From assembly GCF_026210795.1 (NCBI RefSeq), contig NC_089435.1, positions 992,001 to 1,056,000 on the forward strand: a stretch of DNA of 64,000 nt, given 5' to 3'. The notes under the pieces are model-generated. The model was not told the origin of the DNA, searched no databases, and saw only the letters and a program-made list of their open reading frames with translations. Of this stretch, positions 1-12,680 are shown piece by piece. How positions within the stretch are numbered: the stretch's first letter is position 1; every line of letters starts with the position of its first letter. The position numbers were made by a program, and so were the translations under genes. Origin of the DNA: Rhizophagus irregularis. Its lineage: Eukaryota.

Positions 1-1000
1 TAATCTTATTAATGTAATTTAGTAATTTTTTAATTTTATAAAAAAAGATCTCTAATGAAATTCTTTATTAAAAAAAAAATTTCAAGCCAAAATTCTCGAT
101 ACCCTTATTAAAAAAAAAACTATTTTCTAACAAAATTCTCCATCAAAAAAATAAAAAAACTTTTCAACCAACAATTCTCTAATGAAATTCTCAATCAAAA
201 AAAATATCCCTGATTAAGAAAAATTTCTAACGAAAATCTTCCATCAAAAAATACATTTTCCCTATTAAAAAAAAATTCAAAGATTCTTTACCTATTAAAA
301 AAAGTTCTCAAAAGAATTTCTATCAAAAAAAAACTTCCCTCCTATTAAAAAAAAAAATTCTTTACCAAAATTTTCTATCAAAAAAAAAAATCTCCTGTTA
401 AAAAAATTATTAACGAAATGATCTATCAAAAAAAAAAAAATTCTCTAATAAAATTCTCCGTCAAAAAATACTTTCACCTATTAAAAAAAATTCCCAAAAG
501 AATTCTTTATCAAGGAAAACTCCCTCCTATTAAAAAAAATTCTTAACGAAATTCTCTATCAAAAAAAAATCTCACTTGTTAAAAAAATTTTCTAGTAACG
601 AAATTATCTATCAAAAAAAAAATCTTCCCTATTAAAAAAATTCTTCAAATAATTTTCTGCAAAAAAAAAAAAAATTCTCAATTAATTCTTTATCAAAAAA
701 AAAATCTCTCCTATCAAAAAAAATTGTTAAGTACATATCAAAAAAAAAATCTTATCAAAAAAAAAATTCTCCAATAAAATTTCTATCAAATAAAAGTTTT
801 TAACGAAATTATCATCAAAAAAAAAACTCAGAAATGTTCCTATCAATGAAAAAAAATTTTCTAACGAAATTTTTTATCAAAAAAAATCTTATTAAAAAAA
901 TTCCCAAAGAAATTCTATCAAACTAAGCCTTTGCCTATATTAAAAATAAAAATTCTCTACAAAATTTGTTTATAAAAAAAAGCCAATAAAAAAAAAAAAT
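1..1000. repeat. Degenerate A-rich tandem/low-complexity repeat (aaaaaaattctc...tatcaaaaaaa motifs)
   Basis: Recurrent motifs 'ctattaaaaaaa', 'tctatcaaaaaaa' and 'ctaacgaaatt' throughout; no credible ORF. Confidence 0.7.
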
Positions 1001-1129
1001 TTTTTAAAACTATGCTAAACTTAAAACATGTGACCAACAAAATATCAACCCTGTGCTGACAAAGAAACTAATTTTTGACAAAGATAAAATTATTGAGCAT
1101 AGTTGGATTAAATCAAATACAGTTGGACA

Positions 1130-1570
1130 AAAACATCAAGCACAGACGGACAAAAATATCAAGCACAAATGGATAAAAACATAAAGCACGGACGGATAAA
1201 AATGTCAAGCATGGTCAGATAAAAACATCAAGCACGTACAGATAAAAACATCAAGCACGTACAGATAAATATCAAGCATGTACAGATAAACATCAAACAC
1301 GTACAAATAAAACATCAAGCACGTACAGATAAAACATCAAGCACGTACAGATAAACATCAAGCATGAACAGATAAAAATATCAAGCACGTGATAGATAAA
1401 CATCAAGCATGAACAGATAAAAATATCAAGCACGTACAGATAAATATCAAGCACGGGACAGATGAAAATCAAGCATAAACAGGTAAAATGTCAGACACGG
1501 GGTGACATTTTGTCAAGCCATGCTTGATATTTTATCGCACAATGTCTGATAATTATGTCCAACTCGGCTT
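1130..1570. repeat. ~21-24 bp minisatellite (aaacatcaagcacgtacagata) ending in inverted copies; probable transposon subterminal array
   Basis: About 15 tandem copies at 1130-1495, followed by reverse-complement copies (tgacattttgtc, atgcttgatatttt) at ~1502-1570. Confidence 0.75.
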
Positions 1571-2430
1571 GCCATAATATAGCTATAGTATAAGATTCAA
1601 CTACGAAGTTCACATGGTGCATTCCCAAAAAGATGAAAATCTGCATGAAGATCAGAGGACAAACTACAAATTAAGCGAAAAAGTGAATGAATAAGGAAGG
1701 TCATGCAGGATGATCACCACTTCAAAATCATACTATCGCCAAATAAGTACAATAAATAATACCTAAATAAATACAAAAACGCGTTTTATATAAAGAGATA
1801 TAAAAAATGTATAATGAGTTTAATATTGTTACTATAGTTGTTAAGCAACTTTATTTAGTCTTCAAAGAATAGTTTGCTTTGACCAAAGTACCAAAATTAT
1901 GTTCTAAATCTTTGTATAAAGAAGATAAACAACAAATAAAAACAGTTAATATAGTAATTAAAAATAATAAACCAGTAATAAATTTTATACTTAAATAATT
2001 ATTAAACTTGATATTTTCAGCTTTTTATAAACCTTTGCCTGACATTAAAAAAGAAAAGGAACAAGAAGGGAGAGTTTCAAAGTTACAAAATCACTACCGT
2101 TAAATAAATCAGGCACAAAACAGGGTAAAAAAGATTCATACATATAACGGTAAAATCACATGATTACTCCGCTTTAGACTATTATCACCAACAGATTTAA
2201 TTATATAGATATAGATTTCATATTAAAATTCAAGAATAACTTGAAGAATTAGAAGTGTAATTTATTATATACAAAATTACTGCAGACTACTTAAACAAAA
2301 AAAAATGCAAATTAATTTAGAAAAATTAAATTTCTCGTAACATCAATTTTTTATTTAGTTTATATTCTAGATTTATTCATTTTTTTAATAATGAGAAATA
2401 AATTTGCAGCAAGGACTATATATATCATTA

Positions 2431-3607
2431 CCAGGAATGAGCACTCTTTTTCATTGAAAATCATTTTCAATTCTTTAGCAGCCGGACTTTTTTTTTTTGA
2501 GATCACCTTTTCATTAATTCTGCACATTCAGGTATACTAGTAGTTCCTTTTATAATTTCTGGTCTAATACCTTTACAAATATCTAAATAAATATGAAAGT
2601 CATGAGAAATATTATGAAATTCTGAGACCCCTGATGTCAACTCCTTCCTATATTACTGTATAATGATACACATCAGCAGCTTTTGTACTATATACTGTAT
2701 ATATATATAAAACTACTCCACATATATTATTTTTTATGTTAGATTGATTAACTGGTTTACATAATCCAAGATCACTAATCATATTTCTCTATGCTATAGA
2801 AATCTCCAAAAACAAAATTTGAATCAAGGATTCCTTCATATTGAGATATGCATGATATAAAATTCTAAATTTATCATTTGGATTATATTTTATTTCTAAA
2901 ACTACCCACTGTTGGATGTATTACAATCATGCAAATTAATGTGTCTGGATTCCAAATAATGGGGTAAGATATGAACCATTTGATCTTTGCTGGCATTGTC
3001 AATGCAACTACTACGTTTATTAAAAAATAACATCAATCATTACATGAAATTAAAATATTTCTATAATTAATGACAAAGTTTAAAATAATTAATCACCTCG
3101 GTTAACTTTCTAAGCGCTATAGGATACTTTTCATTAAATTTAAGAAAAATTTTAAGATCATTTGCATCTTTATTATCTCATACATCAATTTTAAAAACCG
3201 TTCACTTTCGATCTTGTTTCTCATAATCCCAATGGTCTATAAATTCATCTAACCAAGTGCCTATATAAACTGTGCTAAAACCTTCTTGTGCAAGAAATTT
3301 AATATTCCTTAATTGTGCATAAGGGATTCATTCAAGTAACTCATATTTATTTCTTACTTTTAATTGTGATTTACGTATAAATTTATCAACATGTTCATTT
3401 CTACTAGTCCAATTACTAAAATTTTTCTGAAATCTTTTGGAGTTACATTTCCTTAAACCAATTATAAAAAGTATTTAATTTATTACATTCAGGACATAAG
3501 CCAAATTCTTGATTAAGTATTATGTGTTCGTGGATATCAAACCATCATCGGAAGAATCATTTGAGTTTGCAAAATTAATTTCTTTATCCTCATCAAATAA
3601 TATTCAT
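2431..3607 (-). pseudogene. TKL-type protein kinase pseudogene with a Cys-motif N-terminus
   Basis: Minus-strand pieces read MNIFDED, FGLCPECNKLNT, NFSNWTSRNEHVDKFIRKSQLK, FLAQEGFSTVYIGTW, ISDLGLCKPVN, TKAADVY and DICKGIRPEIIKGTTSIPECAELMK, broken by several frameshifts and stops. Confidence 0.85.
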
Positions 3608-4920
3608 TTTTTTTAAAGAATTTCGTTAATAAATTACTTATTCTGTAAGCTAAAATATAATATTGCTTTGCGGGATTATTGTAAATGTCAGTTGATCAAA
3701 TAAAATGGCGCAGTAATGATGTTTATGAATGTAAGATATCTGACAGATCATTAGTCCGAAGTGTAACGAAGGACTATATATTTCTATGGATGTCACTCAT
3801 CACAGAAACTGAACCTATTTTCCTTAGACAACAGATTGTTTCCATTTTCCTAGTACAATTAGGTAATCATGAATTCAAAGTTATTAATATACTAATTTGC
3901 AAAATATGGTTCAAAATATTTATAATTCAATTTCAAGCAAACTACGTCAATAGAAGCTAATGTATGTATATATAAATGTATAACAATCACGCACATGAGT
4001 ACCGTTTCTGCTTAAATATATTGATTCTGGACGTTTCGCTTTGAACCCTTGTTGATATTTGTTTGTTTAAACGTGAAATATACCTTCAACAACAATATTG
4101 ATGTTAATCGTTGCAAAATTCAAAGCAATTAAGGATTTATCAAAAATTAATCCGTCAATTTTATTCGCAAGTGAAATGATGATAATGCACGCGTCTACAA
4201 TTAGAACATTTATTATTAAATACTATTTTAACGATTCTTATTGATTGAAATTTATTTAATAAATTCTTATATGTTAAATTAAATGTGTGTGAAAAAAAAA
4301 AATAATTATTATTTTAATTTAAATTGATTAAACTTCAAAACTTGATGTTTGTTAATTAAGTTTTTATACTGCAAATGTAATGGAGTAATGGGTAAATGTT
4401 TCTATTTAATATATTTAATAACAATATAATGCATACATGAATTTCTAATTTGCAACTTATCAGAAATAAAAAACACTACAAAAATTGTGGTTGAAAGAAA
4501 TTTATTGGTCGTTTGCCTAGTACGTTCTTTTGGCGATTCACGGTTATTACTAGTAAAATCTTTATTAAAAAAATAAATGAAAATCGAAAAAAAAAATTAA
4601 AAAGAAAGCTTTTTTAGCAATAACATTTTTTTTTTTAAAAAAAAAATAAAAGTTTGAAATATAAACTTTGCCAAAATATTATAATAAATAACAAGAAATA
4701 TTCTATCTCTAGAAAAACAATTCACATATATCGTATAATAAATTATTAACTGAATTCACATCACAAAAGAATTTTGATATTACAAAATTTGACGTCAGAA
4801 ATGTCGATCGCATATTTGACTAACCATTTAGGTAAATATTCATATGAAGCCTTTTAATACTGACGAAATTTCTACGTTCATTTTTCGGAAAAAAAATTTG
4901 TTTTTTTTCTTTTTTAAATT

Positions 4921-6376
4921 ATGTCACGTAATTTTGAATCTGAAATCTCTAAAGCATTCGAACAATTATTAAAAAATGAAACGGATTATAATGTTATAAT
5001 TTATATTGGAGAAGAACCCAATATTAAAGAATTCCATGCTCATCATATTATATTACGTTGTAGATCCGAATATTTTAATAAAATACTTTCTGATGAGAAT
5101 ATAAAGAAAAAAGATGGAAATTATATAATTGAGAATTCAAATATCGATCCCCAATCTTTTAAATCTATTCTCAAGTAAGTTATCAAATGAAATTATTATT
5201 ATAAATTTACGTTATGTAACATTTACATTTTTATAAAATTGAATTAACACATGTATATACTGTACTGTATATATATATATATAATAGGTATCTTTATACT
5301 GGTCATATTAATATCACAAATAAAAATGAAACCGAACTTTTAAATATTTTGATAGCCTCTGACGAATTAAAATTGAAACGATTAACAAAACTTACGGAAG
5401 AATTTATTATTGAAAAACATCATCAATTCTTACAAAATGATCCGGTTGGAATTCTTCAAACCGTTTATTATCGTAAATTTCTTGTTAAATTACAAGAATT
5501 TTGTTTAGAATTAATCTGTTATAAACCTAAAATTTTATTCAATTCTGATAAATTTATTAATTTACCTGCTTCTTTATTAGAAATTATTTTAAAAAGAGAT
5601 GATTTAAATTTAAGTGAAATAGAAATTTGGGAAAATTTAATTAAATGGGGATTATCACAAGAACAAGAATTTAATCAAGAAATTTTTCAATGGAATCAAG
5701 ATGATATTAATATTTTTAAAGGAATTCTTCAAAAATTTATTCCTTTAATTAGATTTTATGAAATATCTTCTGAAGATTATTATAACAAAGTTAAACCTTA
5801 TGAAGGAATTTTATCTAAAGAATTAATAGATGAGATTTTAAAATTTCATATGGTTCCAGGTTACAGACGAACTCTTAATATTTATGGCCCAAGACATTCA
5901 AATTATGGAATTATAAATAATATAAGGTATGATATAATCATAATTTATTTAATTTTACGTCAATTAATTGTGAAACTATTGAATCACCCACGATCACATA
6001 TTAATTATTCGATAATATTTATCACTATACGAATTTATATAAATTACGAGGTAAATATAATTTGACGTTTTATGACTTATTTCGAATGGAAGTTGATTAT
6101 TATTTGATTTATTTTTTGTAGATTAGTTCGTTTTTTTCGAAAATGAAATATTATCAAGCTATCATCGATATCATCAATTTCATCATCTTCGATGATGAAA
6201 TTAATCCGATATCACCGCTTGAATTACCTCCGCCAAAATTACCTTCTCCACATTTAGTTTTATATATTTTATTATTGATTTTATTAATATTAGATTATTT
6301 TGATGGAGTTATTGTATTTAAAACTCTTTATTCTATCTGGGCATGTTTTTTTTATCATCGAATAATTGCGAGATGA
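4921..6376 (+). CDS. BTB/POZ-BACK protein lacking TLDc; exons 4921-5174, 5288-5926 and 6127-6376 (or 6122-6146)
   Basis: BTB motif (YNVIIYIGEEPNIKEFHAHHIILRCRSEYF) and BACK motif (LLEIILKRDDLNLSEIEIWENLIKWG, FIPLIRFYEI). GT-AG intron 5175-5287 keeps the frame. The last exon depends on which acceptor is used. Confidence 0.85.
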
Positions 6377-8447
6377 TTTGCCATTTGACCAATTGAAAAA
6401 AAGGTGGTAGGATGTACCAACACGATGTATATCGACATATCGGTATATTAATATTAACTATTTTTCTATTTTTGCAATTAATATTTTTTACAAAATAAAA
6501 AGTTCTTTTATATAACCAGTTGATTAACGACACGTTTTTATTACTTACTTATAATATTCTAAAATTTGAAGCAATATATCATTATTTACCGCTGAGAGAA
6601 TAATAAAATTAGATAATATCAAGCGCTTTTTCATCATTTATATCTTGCGGAAGTTATTATAAATGAATTACGTTGTTTATCAATTATGTTTTATTCATTC
6701 GTAATCACATTAGTTTAATGTTTGGAATAGGTTTTCACATAAAATAAATATTTAAATATTTATTAAATTATTGGTGTCAAATTTCGCGCCTTATTTGAAA
6801 ATTAACTCAAGAACTTCAATTGAAATGAAAATGGCAGTCATAACATTGACAGGATGATTGAACCGGCAAAAAACAATTGATTTGATGTATGTAGGTATGT
6901 AGAGTCTTTTTCACTATATGGTAAAAATTACCGCGCTTGTTGAAGATTGCATTTTGTTCTCTTTAAAAGGTTCACCAAGTTTTCTACTTCAACGCTTCGC
7001 GGTTTACAAAATTTTTAAGACACGACATCATCAATTACGCAAAACAAATTTCGAAAAAAAAGTTCAAAATAAACTGCAGTTATTATATTAAAGAAATATA
7101 TACAAATATTGTCATGAAATTATTAGGAAATAATTAAAAACTAAATTTTATTACTTTGTGCCACTTCATCTTTAAATAAATCATTAACTTTTATTAATTC
7201 TGTACGAAATGAAAACTTGGATTTTTTTTAAAGAAAAATCAATCATAAAAAAAATTTCTCTAATCCACGAATATGTACTTGAAATATTTATCATTTAAAT
7301 TATTACTATATAATAAGCATTAATAAAAATATATACAGTATATAGATATAAACTTAACTTACCGGATAAAGAAAATTAATCTATCCTTTTAGTTTTAAAT
7401 ATCACATAAAGAAGGAAGTTTCATCACCTCTATTAGGTTCAGAACCTCTTTAATTGAACCTTCATTATCAGGTCCTGGGATCGCTTTAACTGGGTCCATC
7501 AACAGATCCTGGAATGCAGCAATGATGGAACAAGCTATTTCTTTAGTAGTATAATCAAGGAATGATTATAGTCGAGTTTATTTGGTGAGCAACACTCGAT
7601 ATTTTTATAGGTGAAATTCCCACTTCTAGCTAAATTGAATATATAGTCCAAAAACTAGGAACTCGTAATTAATCAACCTATAAGTGTAAAGATCTTGCAT
7701 CACGAGAAATCCTTCTAGAAATTCATTAGAATAGAAAATATATCAATAATAATTGTATCACTTGTAATTTTGGTCATTGTACAGTACTTGATGGCAAATT
7801 TAGCATTCTTTACCATTAACAGGAAGATCAGAGTTAATTGATTCTGAATCAAATGATAGAGGTAATGATGGACATGTGATGATTATATTAATTATTGAGA
7901 ACGCAATCATAAATTAAATTTCGTGTATCGATAACTTGTGCTTTGATAAATTTCAGATTCGATTCCTTTCTTATAAGTAAAAAGTACAAGTTATTCAGAT
8001 TTTCTTAAAGTGTTCTTGATTCAAAAATGTTTCTTGTAAAAAGCAAGATTTAATATTAAAAAATATTTAAGCTAGTTTAAACGCCCATATAAAGTTACGA
8101 ATCATTATTATGCATCGTTACTGTATCTATATATTGTAAATAATTCAATTAAAATTTTGTTGATGTATTGTAGTACTTCGTACTGTATAACAAATTACAA
8201 GATCACGAGAGGAAATTAATTCTTTGGAATATATACAACATAATTAGACTTTTTAACAAGTGTCATAAGAGCGTTAAAAAGTTACTTTTGTAAAAGATCA
8301 TTGAATAAAATTATTCGACATACTTAAATTTTCAAACATGTAATAGATTTATTCAAATACTTTATCTCCAAAAACAAAACAAAAAAAGAAAGGAAAAAAA
8401 AAGAAATATATTCTAATAATTCTAAAATGAATCAACAAAGAATTTAA

Positions 8448-9725
8448 CTATTCGGTTTCTAATTCTTTAAGAGATAAAACAATATCATATATATTAGGAC
8501 GTTTATCAGGATCATCCACCCAACAAGCTAAATTATATAATTAAATTATAAAAAAAGAAAAGAAAGTGATATACGTTAATTATGTTAATAATTTTATCTT
8601 AATAAAAAAAAAAATAATAATATTTTTTATTTACCTGTATACAAATTACTATATTTAACCGGAGTATCTTCAACAATTTCTTCCCTTTTACCTTTTTTAA
8701 TTTCTTTAACTAAATCTATATCATATTCTATACCTTCAGGATAAAAAGGTCTACGACAACTTGAAATTTGCCATAAAATAACACCCAAACTATAAATATC
8801 CGATTTACTATTCAATTCGTAAGGTTTAATTTCTTCTTGAAGTTTATACATACTATATAAACTTTGAGGATCCATATAAGGAATAATACCCAATTTATTT
8901 GTAAAAATCTCATCATAATGTGAATCTTCGGTTATTTTTCTTGATAATCCAAAATTTGTTAACTTGATATTATTCTGATGTACGAGTATATTATAAGAAT
9001 TCTATAAATAAAGAATAAAAAAAAATAAAAAAAATAAAAAAATCATTTTTGATTAAAAATCATTTGATTCAAAAATCGTTTTGATTAATTATTTTGATTA
9101 ATATTAAAATATGATAATAATTTATAAAAAATTTATAAAAAAATTTTATACCAAATCTCCATGAACGATATCTTCATTATGAATACATGATATAGCGTTT
9201 GCAAGTTGTATTGCTAAACGTAATTTATCATTCCAATCAAGTCTATTAAAATTTTCAATCAAATAACTATGTAACGTGCCGCCATCAGCATATTCCATGA
9301 TCAACAAATACTTATTCATTTGATGAATTAATCCGGTTCTCAATTTAGAGATTCCATAAAATCGTAAAATATTTGTATGAAAATCCACCTCACGTTGTAT
9401 TTTCAACTATTATTAAAAAAAAAAATTTAATATTTTTAAAAAAACTTAAATAAATTTAGTATTTATATTCACAGTTTAAAATAATAATTACCTCATTTAC
9501 AATTTCTTGAACGGTTAATTTATATGATGATTTTAAAACTAATACAGTATCAGAATCTTTCCAATTTGCACGAAAGATATTTCCTACAGAACCGATACTA
9601 ATTTCTTGTATATTATTAAAATGAGAATAATCATAAAATTTAATATGTTCTTCTACGATGGCTTTTTCTAACCAATCAATATCAGCGCTTGAATCAGTTT
9701 CTTGTTTTTTGTAAATGGATGACAT
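8448..9725 (-). CDS. TKL-type kinase-domain-only protein, probable pseudokinase (NFG instead of DFG); exons 9725-9492, 9406-9152, 9001-8635, 8527-8448
   Basis: Three GT-AG introns splice in frame: WLEKAIVEEHIKFYDY, LVLK, HTNILRFYG, HGDL|NSYNIL, KLTNFG, YMDPQ, SDIYSLG, CWVDDPDKRP, stop at 8448-8450. Confidence 0.85.
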
Positions 9726-11750
9726 TGTATCGCAAGTAAAAAAAAAAATAAGAAAGAAATTTATTTTTATTCGTTTGTAAAAAAAAAACAAAACTTTAAT
9801 TTATAGCTATTATTACTGATCGTCAATTCGCATGTGTGATCAACATATTACGTATTATAAAAATCATACTCGGAGAAAAGATTTTTACGGTTTATCAATT
9901 ATAATACATGGACTCTTGGACTTTCAAATTTTCGATACAATTTAAAAAAATAATTTACGATAAAATAGTCGGTGTAAAATTTTTTTTAAAACTTTAAGGA
10001 AAAAAAGATTTGGTGAAATCGAAGCGTCACGTGAAACATTGAGTACCCCAAAAACAAACTCCGGAGCTAAATTAATTTTATTTGGTAAGATCAATTCCTT
10101 ATTATGGTTTTCAATCACCAAACGGGGTATCATTCATTTATGACGCAAGCGAATACATTTTTTTTAGCCTTCTTTATTATCACCTGGATTGGATGACGGA
10201 GTGGTGACGGATTCTCCGATAAAAATAACTAAACCTTTTAAAGTATACTACAAAAAAGAATTCTAAGACTTATATATCCATGAAAAAATTGATTGTTTTT
10301 TAACAATTAATTTTATATTTTAATTCATTTTATTGTTCTTTAAAACTAAAAAAACACGATTATGCAATCGACATAATTGTTTTTTTTGTATAATTTTGTG
10401 GGCGTTATTGTAATTGTTATAAAGCACAAAGAAAATTTTTAATTGTTTATTTATTATTTGTTTATTTTTTTTTTTACATACTAATTATATGCAACTGAAC
10501 TCGATAAAAATAATACCTACCTTCCTTCTATGTGATCATTAAATGTGATATATTTACATCTGTCGGGCGTTTCTACTGAAAAAAAAAAAAAAATAGTAAA
10601 ATAAAAAATTAATTTTTTTTTCGATACAAAAAGATGAAATGTTACGAAACGGACGTAATTATAATATGTTGATTAAATTTTCTTAAATTACGCTTAATCT
10701 CCCGTCAATTTTTAATATTTTTAATATTAACGAAGACAAAAAAGTTTTTGGTAATTAATTACATACCACATTAAGTTACTTTGTCATTTTTCAATGCATC
10801 GTTATAACATTTTTATGATTTTTACCGTATTTTTTACCAAATTTTGAAAAATTGAAGCTAAAGATAAATACATAAAATTTTTTTCATATAATTTACAAAA
10901 ATAATAAAATAATTTCTCGCCGATTTTTGATTTGATTTATCATCTTAACGTTGAATGCACTGACGCCATTATCTAGCGTCCTAAAACTCGAGTTATTCAC
11001 TCATATGGTTAAACGTTATTATTGTTGATTTATACTTTTTGATTGGCGGGAACTATTTTGTAAACTCAGTAATCATACACTGAATAAGGTTTTTTCAATT
11101 ATTATTGTAAATTTTCTGTATGTTTTCTACTGTATAATGTTAGTAGTCATTCATGCACAGTAAAGATGTGTACTATACAAATAAAAAAGAAACATTTCCT
11201 ATTTATAGAAATTCATCAATGTAATGTTTTTGTGCGAAAAAAATTCTATATCCTATATTTAGTAAAACAAATATAATTTTTAAAAAAATTTAAATTTATG
11301 AAACCTTAAACATGTTTGAAGTAGCGATTAAGTTTCAGTATTATGATCATTTTATTAAAAAAAATATTAATGACGTGCTAAAAATAAATTATTTTGTTTT
11401 TTTGTTTTTTTTGGGTTTCTTTGTTTGATTTCAATTTTTCAAAAAACAGTAATTATTAAAATTTTTTTTAACTCGCATAAAATTAGAAAAGGTGCTTGAA
11501 TAATCCTTTATTAAGTAAAGTTCTGTGACTTTTGTCTCATAGGTATAGAAATTATGTGTATCAGCCTATGTTTGATGTGCATATTGATTGTCACACAAGT
11601 GAAGGCGCGGAATGTATACACCGTTGGATACCTTTAAAGGTAGACAAAAAAAAGTTAAAATTTAAAATATATAAAGTTTTAATTCTTTATTATATTTCAT
11701 ATTTTTTCATCAAACTTTTTTTTTTAAAAAAAAAAATTTTTTTTTTAAAA

Positions 11751-12680
11751 ATGAATACTTTTCAATCTCAAGGTTACATTCCAACCGCAAAATTTCTTTC
11801 AGTTAGTGATAAGGATATGAAAGAAATGATTGACCACATACTTGAACAACAAAAAAATCGATCGGATCGGATTTTGATGGTTGGACAAATCGGTGATTTT
11901 ATTCCATTTTATGAACTTGCCTTTAAAGTTATTCAGAATGTATTGGAATATATTAGCGAAAAAGAATCAATTCATGAACAACTTATGGAACGAAAAATTG
12001 ATCGTGCGATAACAAAACATGCTATGAATACAATGATAGCTGAAATAAATGTTATTGAAAATCATATTAAACGTATGGGGGACATTAACCTTACTTTAAA
12101 AGAACGAAAAATTGAAGTACCTTACGTATTAGGTTCTTGTCTTAAGATTTTAAACGAGTTCAATAATAAACAACATATTTATTATATGCATCCTCTTATT
12201 ACTTCCCCTTTCTTAATTGCTTTCTCTCAGATATATATTACTGCTTGTACATATGGAATTGAACTTATTCCTTCATATGAAGAAAGAGTTGAAAAGGAAA
12301 AGAAATTATTAAAAGAAGTTATTGAAGAATATAAAACGAATACCATTAAAGAAAGACTCGAAATGATTAAAGTTGTTCATATGTTAAAACTTCCACATTA
12401 TGAAGGTGATATTAAAGATAATATGATTGAATTAATAAATCCTGCGAATATTGGAAATATTCTTAATAATTTGAAAAAAGATACGGAACTTTTATCATTA
12501 CATGAAGTAGATATTGTTAAGGATGGTTTTGGTTTTGATAGTAAACCTAATGAATTACATTATTGGGATCGTACATTTTGGGATCAAAAACAACAATGTT
12601 CGAATAATTATGATTATTCAATAGTAGTAAAAATTGCATACGAGCAATATTTTGATGAAGTTCTTTCTTCCATTTATTAG
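11751..12680 (+). CDS. Intronless 309-aa all-helical hypothetical protein with possible Cry/Endotoxin_N domain-I-like fold
   Basis: Long ORF with ATG at 11751 after a T/A tract (ttttttaaaaATG); protein-like composition. The fold assignment is only a motif resemblance. Confidence 0.8.
   Translation: MNTFQSQGYIPTAKFLSVSDKDMKEMIDHILEQQKNRSDRILMVGQIGDFIPFYELAFKVIQNVLEYISEKESIHEQLMERKIDRAITKHAMNTMIAEINVIENHIKRMGDINLTLKERKIEVPYVLGSCLKILNEFNNKQHIYYMHPLITSPFLIAFSQIYITACTYGIELIPSYEERVEKEKKLLKEVIEEYKTNTIKERLEMIKVVHMLKLPHYEGDIKDNMIELINPANIGNILNNLKKDTELLSLHEVDIVKDGFGFDSKPNELHYWDRTFWDQKQQCSNNYDYSIVVKIAYEQYFDEVLSSIY

Noticed and set aside
7360..7900. Minus-strand coding-like remnant (ACSIIAAFQDLLMDPVKAIPGPDNEG)
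   Set aside because: Interrupted by stops and not assignable to any family by eye.
11532..11750. N-terminal extension of the 382-aa ORF
   Set aside because: It starts at TTG and crosses an intron-like or low-complexity T/A tract; ATG 11751 is the credible start.
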